Shown here: positions 26,687 to 33,721 of the stretch, one piece after another
How the letters are laid out: every line of letters starts with the position of its first letter
How positions within the stretch are numbered: the first letter of the stretch is position 1
Virus record (IMG/VR): IMGVR_UViG_2671180439_000005
DNA length: 33,721 bases
Direction: 5' to 3' (one strand)
Origin: a virus
Taxonomy: Duplodnaviria > Heunggongvirae > Uroviricota > Caudoviricetes
Notes under the pieces: model-generated
Seen by the model: the letters and a program-made list of their open reading frames with translations, nothing else
What the model was told of the DNA's origin: nothing
The model's database searches: none
Translations under genes and position numbers: made by a program

Positions 26687-26901
26687 TGCCCGCTTTATGG
26701 GTCGGTTTTAATGCAGGTGCACGAATACACCGGAGGCGCGCCGGCACTGGTGGCGCTCAGACGCAACAGGGGAGGAAAACGCATGCAATTGAATGCATTT
26801 CTAGGCACACCTAAAAATGAAAAAATGTTATGACAATTAATCATTTTAAACACACTGATTAAGGGTAGAATTCTCCTAGTAAAATCATAGAAAAACCGCT
26901 A

Positions 26902-27831
26902 TCAAACCAGGCTTTTGCCTTGCTTCATTTTTTTAGATGAGTCTAAAAATTTGAAATTATCATTAGATGAAAATATTCTTTCTGCGGTATGCCGAATGAC
27001 TGAAGTATTGAAGACCGCAGCCTGCTCCTCATTACAACTGAATACACCCTCATGACCATCAAACTCGCCCGCCAAAAGAAGGTTTTTTGATACTGGGAAC
27101 AAAACTAAAGTGTCTTTTACACCAAACCCGGGGGAATAAGGGCCTCGTGCTAATTCAGGATTAGTCCACATTAAGCAAACTGGGTTATCTGAAGTTATAA
27201 ATGACCCTTGCCCATCAGATATGGTCATAAGTGACCAGTTGCGTTGATGCAACAACTTGGTGATAACAGGTACACATTTCATTTCCATATCTATCATGAA
27301 CTCTCTGATTACATTGATTTCGAAATTATCCCCATCCACAAAATTTTTAATTTTTTCGTAAGCGAGATCATATGGCAAAGACTCACCCATTTCTTTCTCA
27401 TAAGCTAATTTGCAATCGTCCCAACGCTCAGCCGAACTAACTGAGGATTTCATGATAAACTTTGCTATTTGTTTCAATGGAGATGATAAATGTTCTCGCT
27501 GAGCAGGCGTACGTATTGCCAATAAGGAAATAAACTCCAGAATAACATCTTTGGTTTCGCCTGAAAACTCGCCCCCCTCCTCAAGTTTTCTTAAATGAGT
27601 AGCGACACTGCCTTCAAACTCTGCAAGAGAACTCTCGAGATAGTTTGGGTCAACTCCATCCAATTCTAATCGGTTGAAATCTCTAACCCCCCCGACATTG
27701 CGAGTATTACTCTCAAAGGTTTTGCGCTCCTTTAAATCTATTACAGTTAATTTTGATTTTTTCCCCCCATTACTTGTAAACCCTTTCAAATAACATTGGG
27801 ATAAAAAATGATGATGCCTTGCAACACTCAT
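26902..27831 (-). CDS. DUF4238-family protein (309 aa from ATG; cargo at the tin/old slot)
   Basis: N-terminal HHHFLSQCYLKGF signature typical of DUF4238 as I recall it; ATG at Met15 of the track ORF with GGAG RBS (the track start is GTG); AT-rich. Confidence 0.6.
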   Translation of the reverse strand: MSVARHHHFLSQCYLKGFTSNGGKKSKLTVIDLKERKTFESNTRNVGGVRDFNRLELDGVDPNYLESSLAEFEGSVATHLRKLEEGGEFSGETKDVILEFISLLAIRTPAQREHLSSPLKQIAKFIMKSSVSSAERWDDCKLAYEKEMGESLPYDLAYEKIKNFVDGDNFEINVIREFMIDMEMKCVPVITKLLHQRNWSLMTISDGQGSFITSDNPVCLMWTNPELARGPYSPGFGVKDTLVLFPVSKNLLLAGEFDGHEGVFSCNEEQAAVFNTSVIRHTAERIFSSNDNFKFLDSSKKMKQGKSLV

Positions 27832-27934
27832 ACTCAGCTCCGTTATGGCTATAATCGCATAAATAATAAGCACTTATATTGCAATCATCTAGTTAAATAC
27901 ACAATATTTATGACTCCGAAATTTCATTAAATCA

Positions 27935-30106
27935 CTATTGATAGGTTTTACCAATTGGTGCCAGCTCGAAATGGATGCGTGGAATCTGCGAACGTTCAGC
28001 CTTTGTCATCCGCCCTGATGGCGCTATCTGGTACGGTTTTAATGGTTCGCAGTTTCTTTGTTGCCAATTCGGTCTCGGTGCACCATGTTTTAATGCACTC
28101 CTGAGCACCGTCACAACTTCCGGGTCATCCCATCCGATAACACCACTATCAACCAGATTTAACACCGCTGCGGCATGCTCAGACGGTGTAGGGTGCATAA
28201 CCGGAACGTCACCGCCGGTGAACTTTCCACAGTTATTGACAGGACTCCGAGGCGCGGCGATGCCGCTTTTTAAAGTCAAAGGCTCAACGACCGGCACTTT
28301 CGGAACAATGCGCCAGTCCGTCGTTCTGGTGATATGAATATGACGCGCGCCGAGATGCGGCGCGTAAATGCCGACCACTCTCTCGACTTCTTCCTCGTAC
28401 TCGTTAACTTCATCCGACGGACTACGGGCAACCCTGACAGTCTGACAATCGCGCGGAACATTTGCCCCACCCTGCGCGCTGATATACAACGCAAAATCAC
28501 CACTGTCTGCGGCAGCGCGTGCAGCCTCGACGCGTTCGTCAAACTCATCAGCAATGCTGACGCCGCGAGGCAATTTGCGTAGTTCACGGTAAGCCCCCAT
28601 TGTCGGCAGGCCAACCGTTTTAAATTGCGGAATGCGCCACGTTGACGCCCATGCGGTAACAGCCGCGGCAGTGTCTTTCAGCGGCCTGCCGGTATCGTTA
28701 TCGAGCTGACCATCCAGTGCATAGCCATCGATGTTTTTTGAGATGTATTTCGCGATATATCCCGCAGCACCGCCCCGGTTAAGGTGTTTTGCCTGAAAAC
28801 GGTTTCGCGCGGCTCCTCTTTCGTCACCATCCTCTTTGAGCGCATAGCGACGCATGATTTCGATAATCTGGTTACGCTGGCGTGGATTACAAAAAAGCAT
28901 CATATGCCAGTGCGGCGTTCCGTCGTGGTGTGGCTCGACGACTCGCAAACCGTAGACCTGTAAATCATTATCCTTGAATGCCGTGCGCATCAGGCTCCAG
29001 ATGCGGCAGAGATAACGCTGCGCATCCTTTGGATTAAATGCCTCATCATTCCAGCCGTGATTTAGCTGGACGGTTTTACTTTCGCCTTTTCCGACCTGAC
29101 GTGTCGGGTGATACTTTGACGGCGCGGTCAGAGTGATAAACATCCCCACATCACCCTCTGCGGCGGCGTAACGCTCAATACCGGCGATGGTGTTCATCAG
29201 CTCCATCCGGCGAATTTCAGGATTAGAAATACTGCCCATCACCTTACTGATAAGGTCGATGCGCTCGCCGGTTTCCCTGTTTTCGAGGTCACACGATTTA
29301 AGAAATTCCAGATTTGCCTGGCGGCGTGCACACACATCACGAATGGCATGTTTACTGGCATAAGGAGAACGGTCTTTATTGACCTCCCCGACAGCAATCA
29401 GTAACGCCTCATGCCAGCGCATACGCTGGCCTTTAAGCTGATGAGTCCACCACTCATCGTTAAACAGACGGGCAATGGCAGAATATGCCTGCCTCGTGGT
29501 CATCTGTCCTTTACGGTATTTTTTCCAGTAGAGAGGGGAAATATTGAAAGCACGTGCAGCGCCAGCAACATGACCATACAGATGCGCCTGCGCCTCATCT
29601 GTAAACAGCGATTCTTTCTCGCCATGTGCATCAACCCATGCATCGCAGAGTTCCTCATACATCATGAAAAGCTGCGATGAGATACGGGCGGCAAACTTTT
29701 TCAGCTCCTTGTCATTCATCCCCGGCAGACGCGCATAATGGTCACGCTCTGCCAGAAACAGCAACGACGCGTCGGTGTTCATTTCATGGCGCTGATTCAC
29801 GCGCTCAATACGCGGCCATAAACGGCGCTGAAAAGTGGATGTGAGGAAATAAAACCCGTGCACCGGGCTTTTATTGCGCCGGATGTAGTCATAGCGTGAA
29901 GTAAACAGCGAGCGCAAAAAGTAAGGCAGGCGATTAATCGTGGATAAAACACCTTGCACCTGACGCATCTCGTCACGTGTAAGGGGTCTTTCGCGCCCGA
30001 CGGCCTCGCGTGGCGCGTTCCATGCATAAGCACCGGTAAACGTCTCACCGGTGCCTGAGGCAAATGCTGACGGAGGGACAAAACGCCCGGAGGCTTTAAC
30101 GGCCAT
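27935..30106 (-). CDS. A: Replication initiation protein gpA (rolling-circle nickase, 723 aa from ATG)
   Basis: From Met15 of the track ORF (MAVKASGRFVPPSAFA...) the sequence tracks P2 gpA; the last roughly 80 residues differ from P2 A as recalled. Confidence 0.85.
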   Translation of the reverse strand: MAVKASGRFVPPSAFASGTGETFTGAYAWNAPREAVGRERPLTRDEMRQVQGVLSTINRLPYFLRSLFTSRYDYIRRNKSPVHGFYFLTSTFQRRLWPRIERVNQRHEMNTDASLLFLAERDHYARLPGMNDKELKKFAARISSQLFMMYEELCDAWVDAHGEKESLFTDEAQAHLYGHVAGAARAFNISPLYWKKYRKGQMTTRQAYSAIARLFNDEWWTHQLKGQRMRWHEALLIAVGEVNKDRSPYASKHAIRDVCARRQANLEFLKSCDLENRETGERIDLISKVMGSISNPEIRRMELMNTIAGIERYAAAEGDVGMFITLTAPSKYHPTRQVGKGESKTVQLNHGWNDEAFNPKDAQRYLCRIWSLMRTAFKDNDLQVYGLRVVEPHHDGTPHWHMMLFCNPRQRNQIIEIMRRYALKEDGDERGAARNRFQAKHLNRGGAAGYIAKYISKNIDGYALDGQLDNDTGRPLKDTAAAVTAWASTWRIPQFKTVGLPTMGAYRELRKLPRGVSIADEFDERVEAARAAADSGDFALYISAQGGANVPRDCQTVRVARSPSDEVNEYEEEVERVVGIYAPHLGARHIHITRTTDWRIVPKVPVVEPLTLKSGIAAPRSPVNNCGKFTGGDVPVMHPTPSEHAAAVLNLVDSGVIGWDDPEVVTVLRSALKHGAPRPNWQQRNCEPLKPYQIAPSGRMTKAERSQIPRIHFELAPIGKTYQ

Positions 30107-30371
30107 ATGAGCCAAAAGCCTCTGAACAACGCTTGCTGAGTTGCTCAACCTGCGCGTTTAAATCAGCAAAAGACTTTGCGCTTCCGGTCAGAATATCGTG
30201 ATGCATCAGGCCGGAAACAAGCTGGCTTAATTTCGGGTAATAACCAACCACCGCCAGCCATTCCTGACCGGCGTTTTTACCGCTTTCAGCTCTCTTTTTC
30301 TCGTGGAGAATAAACTGAAAGCTGTCACTGGTAACGACATAACGTTCGCCAATTTCAATACGAATACTCAT
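30096..30371 (-). CDS. Hypothetical early-operon protein (91 aa)
   Basis: Track ORF with ATG start; translationally coupled to neighbours; in the block of small ORFs P2 carries between B and A. Confidence 0.55.
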   Translation of the reverse strand: MSIRIEIGERYVVTSDSFQFILHEKKRAESGKNAGQEWLAVVGYYPKLSQLVSGLMHHDILTGSAKSFADLNAQVEQLSKRCSEAFGSYGR

Positions 30372-30592
30372 GACGTTCTCCGGTAATGTTTGTTTTTTGC
30401 TTCAAAGACTGACTGGCAGGAAACACAACGCGTGGCTGACGGATAAGCCGCACGACGGGCAGCAGGTATTGGCGCGTCACACTCTTCGCAAACCAGCGCA
30501 GAAACACCGCAATGCTTTACCCTTGCCGCGTTAATCTGGCGCTCCAGTAATTCAGCCTGTTGTTCCTGAATAAAATCTACGTTGTCCGGCAT
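30368..30592 (-). CDS. TraR/DksA-type C4 zinc-finger protein (74 aa)
   Basis: CGVSALVCEEC...C..C four-Cys motif in a 74-aa protein; ATG overlaps the upstream stop. Confidence 0.6.
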   Translation of the reverse strand: MPDNVDFIQEQQAELLERQINAARVKHCGVSALVCEECDAPIPAARRAAYPSATRCVSCQSVFEAKNKHYRRTS

Positions 30593-30894
30593 TACCAGCT
30601 CCTTTTGTCGTTAAGTTTTTTAAATTCATCAGCGCAATAGCTGGCAATTTCTGTCGTTAATTTCGTCAGTTCATCCACGGAGGAGATTTGCTTGTGAAAT
30701 ACAGCGCGTTTAACAAGCAAATTGACCACATCAGACAGGAGATTTAATTCGTTCTGATAAATCGCGATAACAGACTCAGTTATTTCGCGTTTTTCTTTAT
30801 CAAGACCAAGTTGAATAAGAGATAAATCGCCATTTCTCATAACGGCGATTTTTAAGGCGTTATTCAGTAATACAACTGAACGAGAACAGGACAT
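30592..30894 (-). CDS. Hypothetical early-operon protein (100 aa)
   Basis: Track ORF (first codon TTG, second ATG); TGATG overlap with the upstream gene. Confidence 0.5.
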   Translation of the reverse strand: MSCSRSVVLLNNALKIAVMRNGDLSLIQLGLDKEKREITESVIAIYQNELNLLSDVVNLLVKRAVFHKQISSVDELTKLTTEIASYCADEFKKLNDKRSW

Positions 30895-31118
30895 CAAAGC
30901 ACCTCCCCGCGAGACAATCCGATATTGTGAAATTTTTCCGACTCCTGACTGAGCAGCTCGACTATCTCCACGCGGGATAACTCCGCCTTTGTGATGTGGC
31001 GAATCATGGCGTCAAGATGAGAAGAAAAGCGCGTCGCTGCGTCGGCCTGTGCTTCGGTTCTGGCCTGTTGCAGCAGTAATGCGTATTTACCGCACTGATT
31101 TTCAGAAACTGTATGCAT
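30894..31118 (-). CDS. Hypothetical early-operon protein (74 aa from ATG)
   Basis: Met12 of the track ORF with GGAG RBS 6 nt upstream; the track start is TTG. Confidence 0.5.
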   Translation of the reverse strand: MHTVSENQCGKYALLLQQARTEAQADAATRFSSHLDAMIRHITKAELSRVEIVELLSQESEKFHNIGLSRGEVL

Positions 31119-31181
31119 GACTTTCTCCAGGCAAAAAGAAGCCCCGCACAATTAAGTGCGTTAAAAACTCTGGTTAATTAC

Positions 31182-31682
31182 TTAATGCAGATATTGCTCT
31201 GGTTTTACCGACGTCAGAATTGTCGGTGCATACTCAAACAGGCTGAATAATTCACGTAATGCACGGAATAAAGCATCACGCCAGTAACATGATTCTTCAT
31301 TAATTCGCCAGTATGGCTGGTTGAATTCTTTTTCAGTCAATCCGGCATGCATAAATAAAGTACGACGCTGACTGACTGTTAAAAAACTAATATATGCATA
31401 CTCACTTGCGCCAACCTGACGGCGTTTTGAGAATGCCCCACGCAATTCATCAATTGCACATACCAGTCGTTCACGTTCGACATCATTCATTTCTTCAAAA
31501 CGCATCGTTGCGTGACGCTGTTTTAACTGCGCATGGAAGCAAACCGTTAGCCGTTCGCGTACCATCATCTGATTATAATAATCGCATGTCTCCTGCCAGC
31601 GAGGGACGGCAAGATGCTTACCAATTATCCGGCGCATAGCTGCTGGCTGTTTTTCGACGAGATTAAGCGTCATCACTGTCAT
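31182..31682 (-). CDS. B: Replication protein gpB (166 aa)
   Basis: Track ORF; near-identical to P2 gpB as recalled (MTVMTLNLVEKQPAAMRRIIGKHLAVPRWQ...). Confidence 0.8.
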   Translation of the reverse strand: MTVMTLNLVEKQPAAMRRIIGKHLAVPRWQETCDYYNQMMVRERLTVCFHAQLKQRHATMRFEEMNDVERERLVCAIDELRGAFSKRRQVGASEYAYISFLTVSQRRTLFMHAGLTEKEFNQPYWRINEESCYWRDALFRALRELFSLFEYAPTILTSVKPEQYLH

Positions 31683-31915
31683 TTCCAGACCCTCCGGCTT
31701 TTCAGAAAGGTCAGAGCCTTTTTTAACGGACTCTGTTTTTTGGTACGGATAATGATTCCCTTGCGCCCCTTCCCGTGGGTGATGGTGAAGTCAATCGCCC
31801 TGGGGCTTTCGTTACGCAATAACTGAGCAATACAACGAGGCTCGTTCATCCTTTCCACCTTAAGCCGCACGGCCATGTCTTGATTTGCTGTAACTAATGC
31901 GATTTTTCCAGTCAT
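31679..31915 (-). CDS. Hypothetical small early protein (78 aa from Met9; start uncertain, alternatives at 31876 and 31939)
   Basis: Track ORF 31679..31939 begins with TTG; lies between cox and B where P2 has orf78; overlaps the cox 3' end. Confidence 0.4.
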   Translation of the reverse strand: MTGKIALVTANQDMAVRLKVERMNEPRCIAQLLRNESPRAIDFTITHGKGRKGIIIRTKKQSPLKKALTFLKSRRVWK

Positions 31916-32216
31916 GCCATTCTGTCGGAGCTTCATCAACTAGCTGGGCTGCGTACTTGTCCCACTCACGACGATTAATCCATAACTCAGCATGACCGCC
32001 CGGCTTTAATGGGTCCGTCATATAAAAGGCTGGTAACTTGCCTGCTTTCGCCATTTCAGCAACAGCACGAGGCGTCTTACCGATGTAAAGAGCAAAACCC
32101 TCTTTCGAGAGCAAATCCGACGGTGCGGCTGCAAGTTTGATGTCACATTTTTTACTTTTTGTGAGATCAGATACTTTTTCTCCAACATCGTTATTCATTT
32201 CTGATCCAATACTCAT
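31860..32216 (-). CDS. cox: Cox-like excisionase/early-lytic regulator (118 aa from ATG with GAGGA RBS)
   Basis: HTH-like segment EGFALYIGKTPRAVAEMAKAGKLPAFYMTDP resembles P2 Cox; divergent from C; longer than P2 Cox (91 aa). Confidence 0.55.
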   Translation of the reverse strand: MSIGSEMNNDVGEKVSDLTKSKKCDIKLAAAPSDLLSKEGFALYIGKTPRAVAEMAKAGKLPAFYMTDPLKPGGHAELWINRREWDKYAAQLVDEAPTEWHDWKNRISYSKSRHGRAA

Positions 32217-32320
32217 TTTGATATCCTCAACTTTGGTGCCATTCAATCAGAGCTATTTGAAGCCGCTCTGCGTTGTTCTGGCGTGTCGCATACAACATAA
32301 ATTACGAGATACGACAATTC

Positions 32321-32632
32321 ATGTCAAATACACAAATCACATCTCAAGCAGAGAAACTCGCACTTATTCGGGAATCAGAAAGAATGACAAGGAAGCAAGT
32401 TGCTGAATTAACTGGAATTAACTACAACACCTATGCTGGATATGAGCAGGGAAAAGTAAAGATGTCTTTTGACGCAGGTATGAAATTTTTCAAGCCAGAA
32501 AGATTTCGCAAGTACCGTGACTGGTTCATGTTTGATGAAACTGATCCCGCTGGCGGACAAATAGCCCCGGCGCTCGCGCACATTGGGCAAGACTCAACAA
32601 CCTTGCACCACTCAGACCAAAAGACTGGCTGA
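32321..32632 (+). CDS. C: Immunity repressor C (103 aa from internal ATG)
   Basis: MSNTQITSQAEKLALIRESERMTRKQVAELTGINYNTYAGYEQGK...GGQIAPALAHIGQDSTTLHHSDQKTG resembles P2 C, including the C-terminal GQIAPALAH...GQKTG. Confidence 0.75.
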   Translation: MSNTQITSQAEKLALIRESERMTRKQVAELTGINYNTYAGYEQGKVKMSFDAGMKFFKPERFRKYRDWFMFDETDPAGGQIAPALAHIGQDSTTLHHSDQKTG

Positions 32633-32725
32633 CGATTTATTCAGCATATGTGTGCAGTAAATGTACGAAAGAAAATTGCATTAATTTTCAAGTAGTAGAA
32701 GTAAACAGCGTCATCGGAGGGCTTT

Positions 32726-33721
32726 ATGTCTATTAAAAAGCTCGATGATGGTCGTTATGAAGTGGACGTCAGACCGCAGGGTGCAGATGGAAAACGTATC
32801 AGGCGGAAATTTAAAACTAAAGGTGAAGCTCAAGCATTCGAACGTCATGTCCTGGTTAACTACCACAACAAAGAGTGGTTGGAGAAGCCGGCCGACCGCC
32901 GAACTCTTACAGAGTTGTTAGGCAGATGGTGGATATATCACGGAAAATCACATGAGCGTGGAGATATTGAACGAGGGCGTTTGACGACAATAATCGCCAA
33001 ATTTGCCGAGATGGGAGTGTCCAGGGCGGACCAGCTAACAAAGAAAACGATAACTGATTATCGCGTTGTAATGATGAACGATGGCCTAAAACCAGCCAGC
33101 GTAAATCGGCATCTGGCAATAATGAGCGGGATGTTCACCAAGTTAATTGACGCCGGTGAGTATCACTCTCACAACCCGTTCCGTGAGGTTAAGCGGTTAC
33201 GTGAAGCTGTTACGGAAATGGCTTTTTTGTCCAGTGAAGAGATTACGCGGCTGTTATCCATGCTTGATGGTGATGAGTTAAATGCAACTCTGGTCTGCCT
33301 TTCTACTGGTGGACGCTGGAGTGAAGTGTCTAATTTGAAAGCTGAACACATCATTAACCAGATGGTTACGTTTATGAAAACTAAAAACGGAAAGCACAGG
33401 ACAATTCCCGTTTCGCAGGACCTGATTAAACGGATCAAGACCAAAAATTCAGGCAGGCTTTTTAATGCCAGTTACTACAAAGTGCGCAACGCTCTCAGGG
33501 AAGTAAAACCCGATTTACCTGACGGACAGGCAGTGCATGTTTTGAGGCATACATTTGCCACACATTTTATAATGAATGGAGGTAACATAATCACATTGCA
33601 GCGCATCCTGGGTCATTCTAACATTCAGCAAACTATGACCTACGCACACTTTGCACCGGATTTCTTACAAGATGCTGTGACTCTTAACCCGGTGTCAGGA
33701 ATGTCCATAATGCGTCCATAA
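32726..33721 (+). CDS. int: Tyrosine integrase (331 aa)
   Basis: Track ORF; MSIKKLDDGRYEVDVRP... with C-terminal HxLRHT...Y catalytic region (HVLRHTFATH, TMTYAHF); matches P2 Int along its length. Confidence 0.9.
   Translation: MSIKKLDDGRYEVDVRPQGADGKRIRRKFKTKGEAQAFERHVLVNYHNKEWLEKPADRRTLTELLGRWWIYHGKSHERGDIERGRLTTIIAKFAEMGVSRADQLTKKTITDYRVVMMNDGLKPASVNRHLAIMSGMFTKLIDAGEYHSHNPFREVKRLREAVTEMAFLSSEEITRLLSMLDGDELNATLVCLSTGGRWSEVSNLKAEHIINQMVTFMKTKNGKHRTIPVSQDLIKRIKTKNSGRLFNASYYKVRNALREVKPDLPDGQAVHVLRHTFATHFIMNGGNIITLQRILGHSNIQQTMTYAHFAPDFLQDAVTLNPVSGMSIMRP

Larger units (their letters stand above)
1..33721 (-). mobile_element. P2-like prophage, complete gene set from ogr to int; att sites outside the window
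   Basis: Collinear P2 gene order across the whole window; integrase at the right edge, ogr at the left edge; cos site between Q and the A-side cargo. Confidence 0.9.

Noticed and set aside
26499-26901. Possible additional small gene or tRNA in the Q to DUF4238 spacer
   Set aside because: No ORF with an RBS and no cloverleaf-compatible sequence was seen. The spacer is explained by the Q terminator, the cos site and an AT-rich region downstream of the cargo gene.
1-33721. Insertion sequences, transposases, CRISPR arrays, rRNA or tRNA genes
   Set aside because: None found by reading both strands. The only tyrosine recombinase is the prophage integrase, and the att core and any tRNA integration target would lie outside the window.

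Overview
This window is an essentially complete P2-like temperate prophage, read in reverse orientation. Gene order is: ogr-D-U-T-E/E'-FII-FI | cargo | G-H-I-J-W-V | cargo | S-R-lysC/lysB-lysA-K-Y-X-L-M-N-O (all minus strand), then P-Q (plus), cos, cargo, the A...B...cox early operon (minus), and C repressor plus integrase (plus). The window begins at the ogr stop and ends at the int stop, so attL/attR lie outside it. Most backbone proteins match P2 proteins as I recall them, several almost residue for residue (Ogr, B, X, U, S, the start of P and O). Three AT-rich accessory slots interrupt the GC-rich backbone exactly where P2 carries nonessential genes: (1) the Z/fun slot between FI and G (6604-10925), holding four uncharacterised genes including a 511-aa 3-TM protein and a 230-aa membrane-anchored protein; (2) the orf30 slot between V and S (16013-17317), holding a fused RelA/SpoT-type toxic alarmone-synthetase-like protein (CapRel-like); (3) the tin/old slot between A and cos (26687-27934), holding a DUF4238 protein. 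I regard the four-gene Z/fun island as the best candidate for an undescribed system. No rRNA, tRNA, CRISPR array, IS element or transposase was seen. CDS coordinates come from the ORF track (stop codon included), with starts moved to internal ATGs where the track's first codon was TTG/GTG or where the P2 homologue is shorter. Coordinates of short motifs were counted by hand and may be off by 1-2 nt. No database search was run; all family assignments are from memory and motif inspection.
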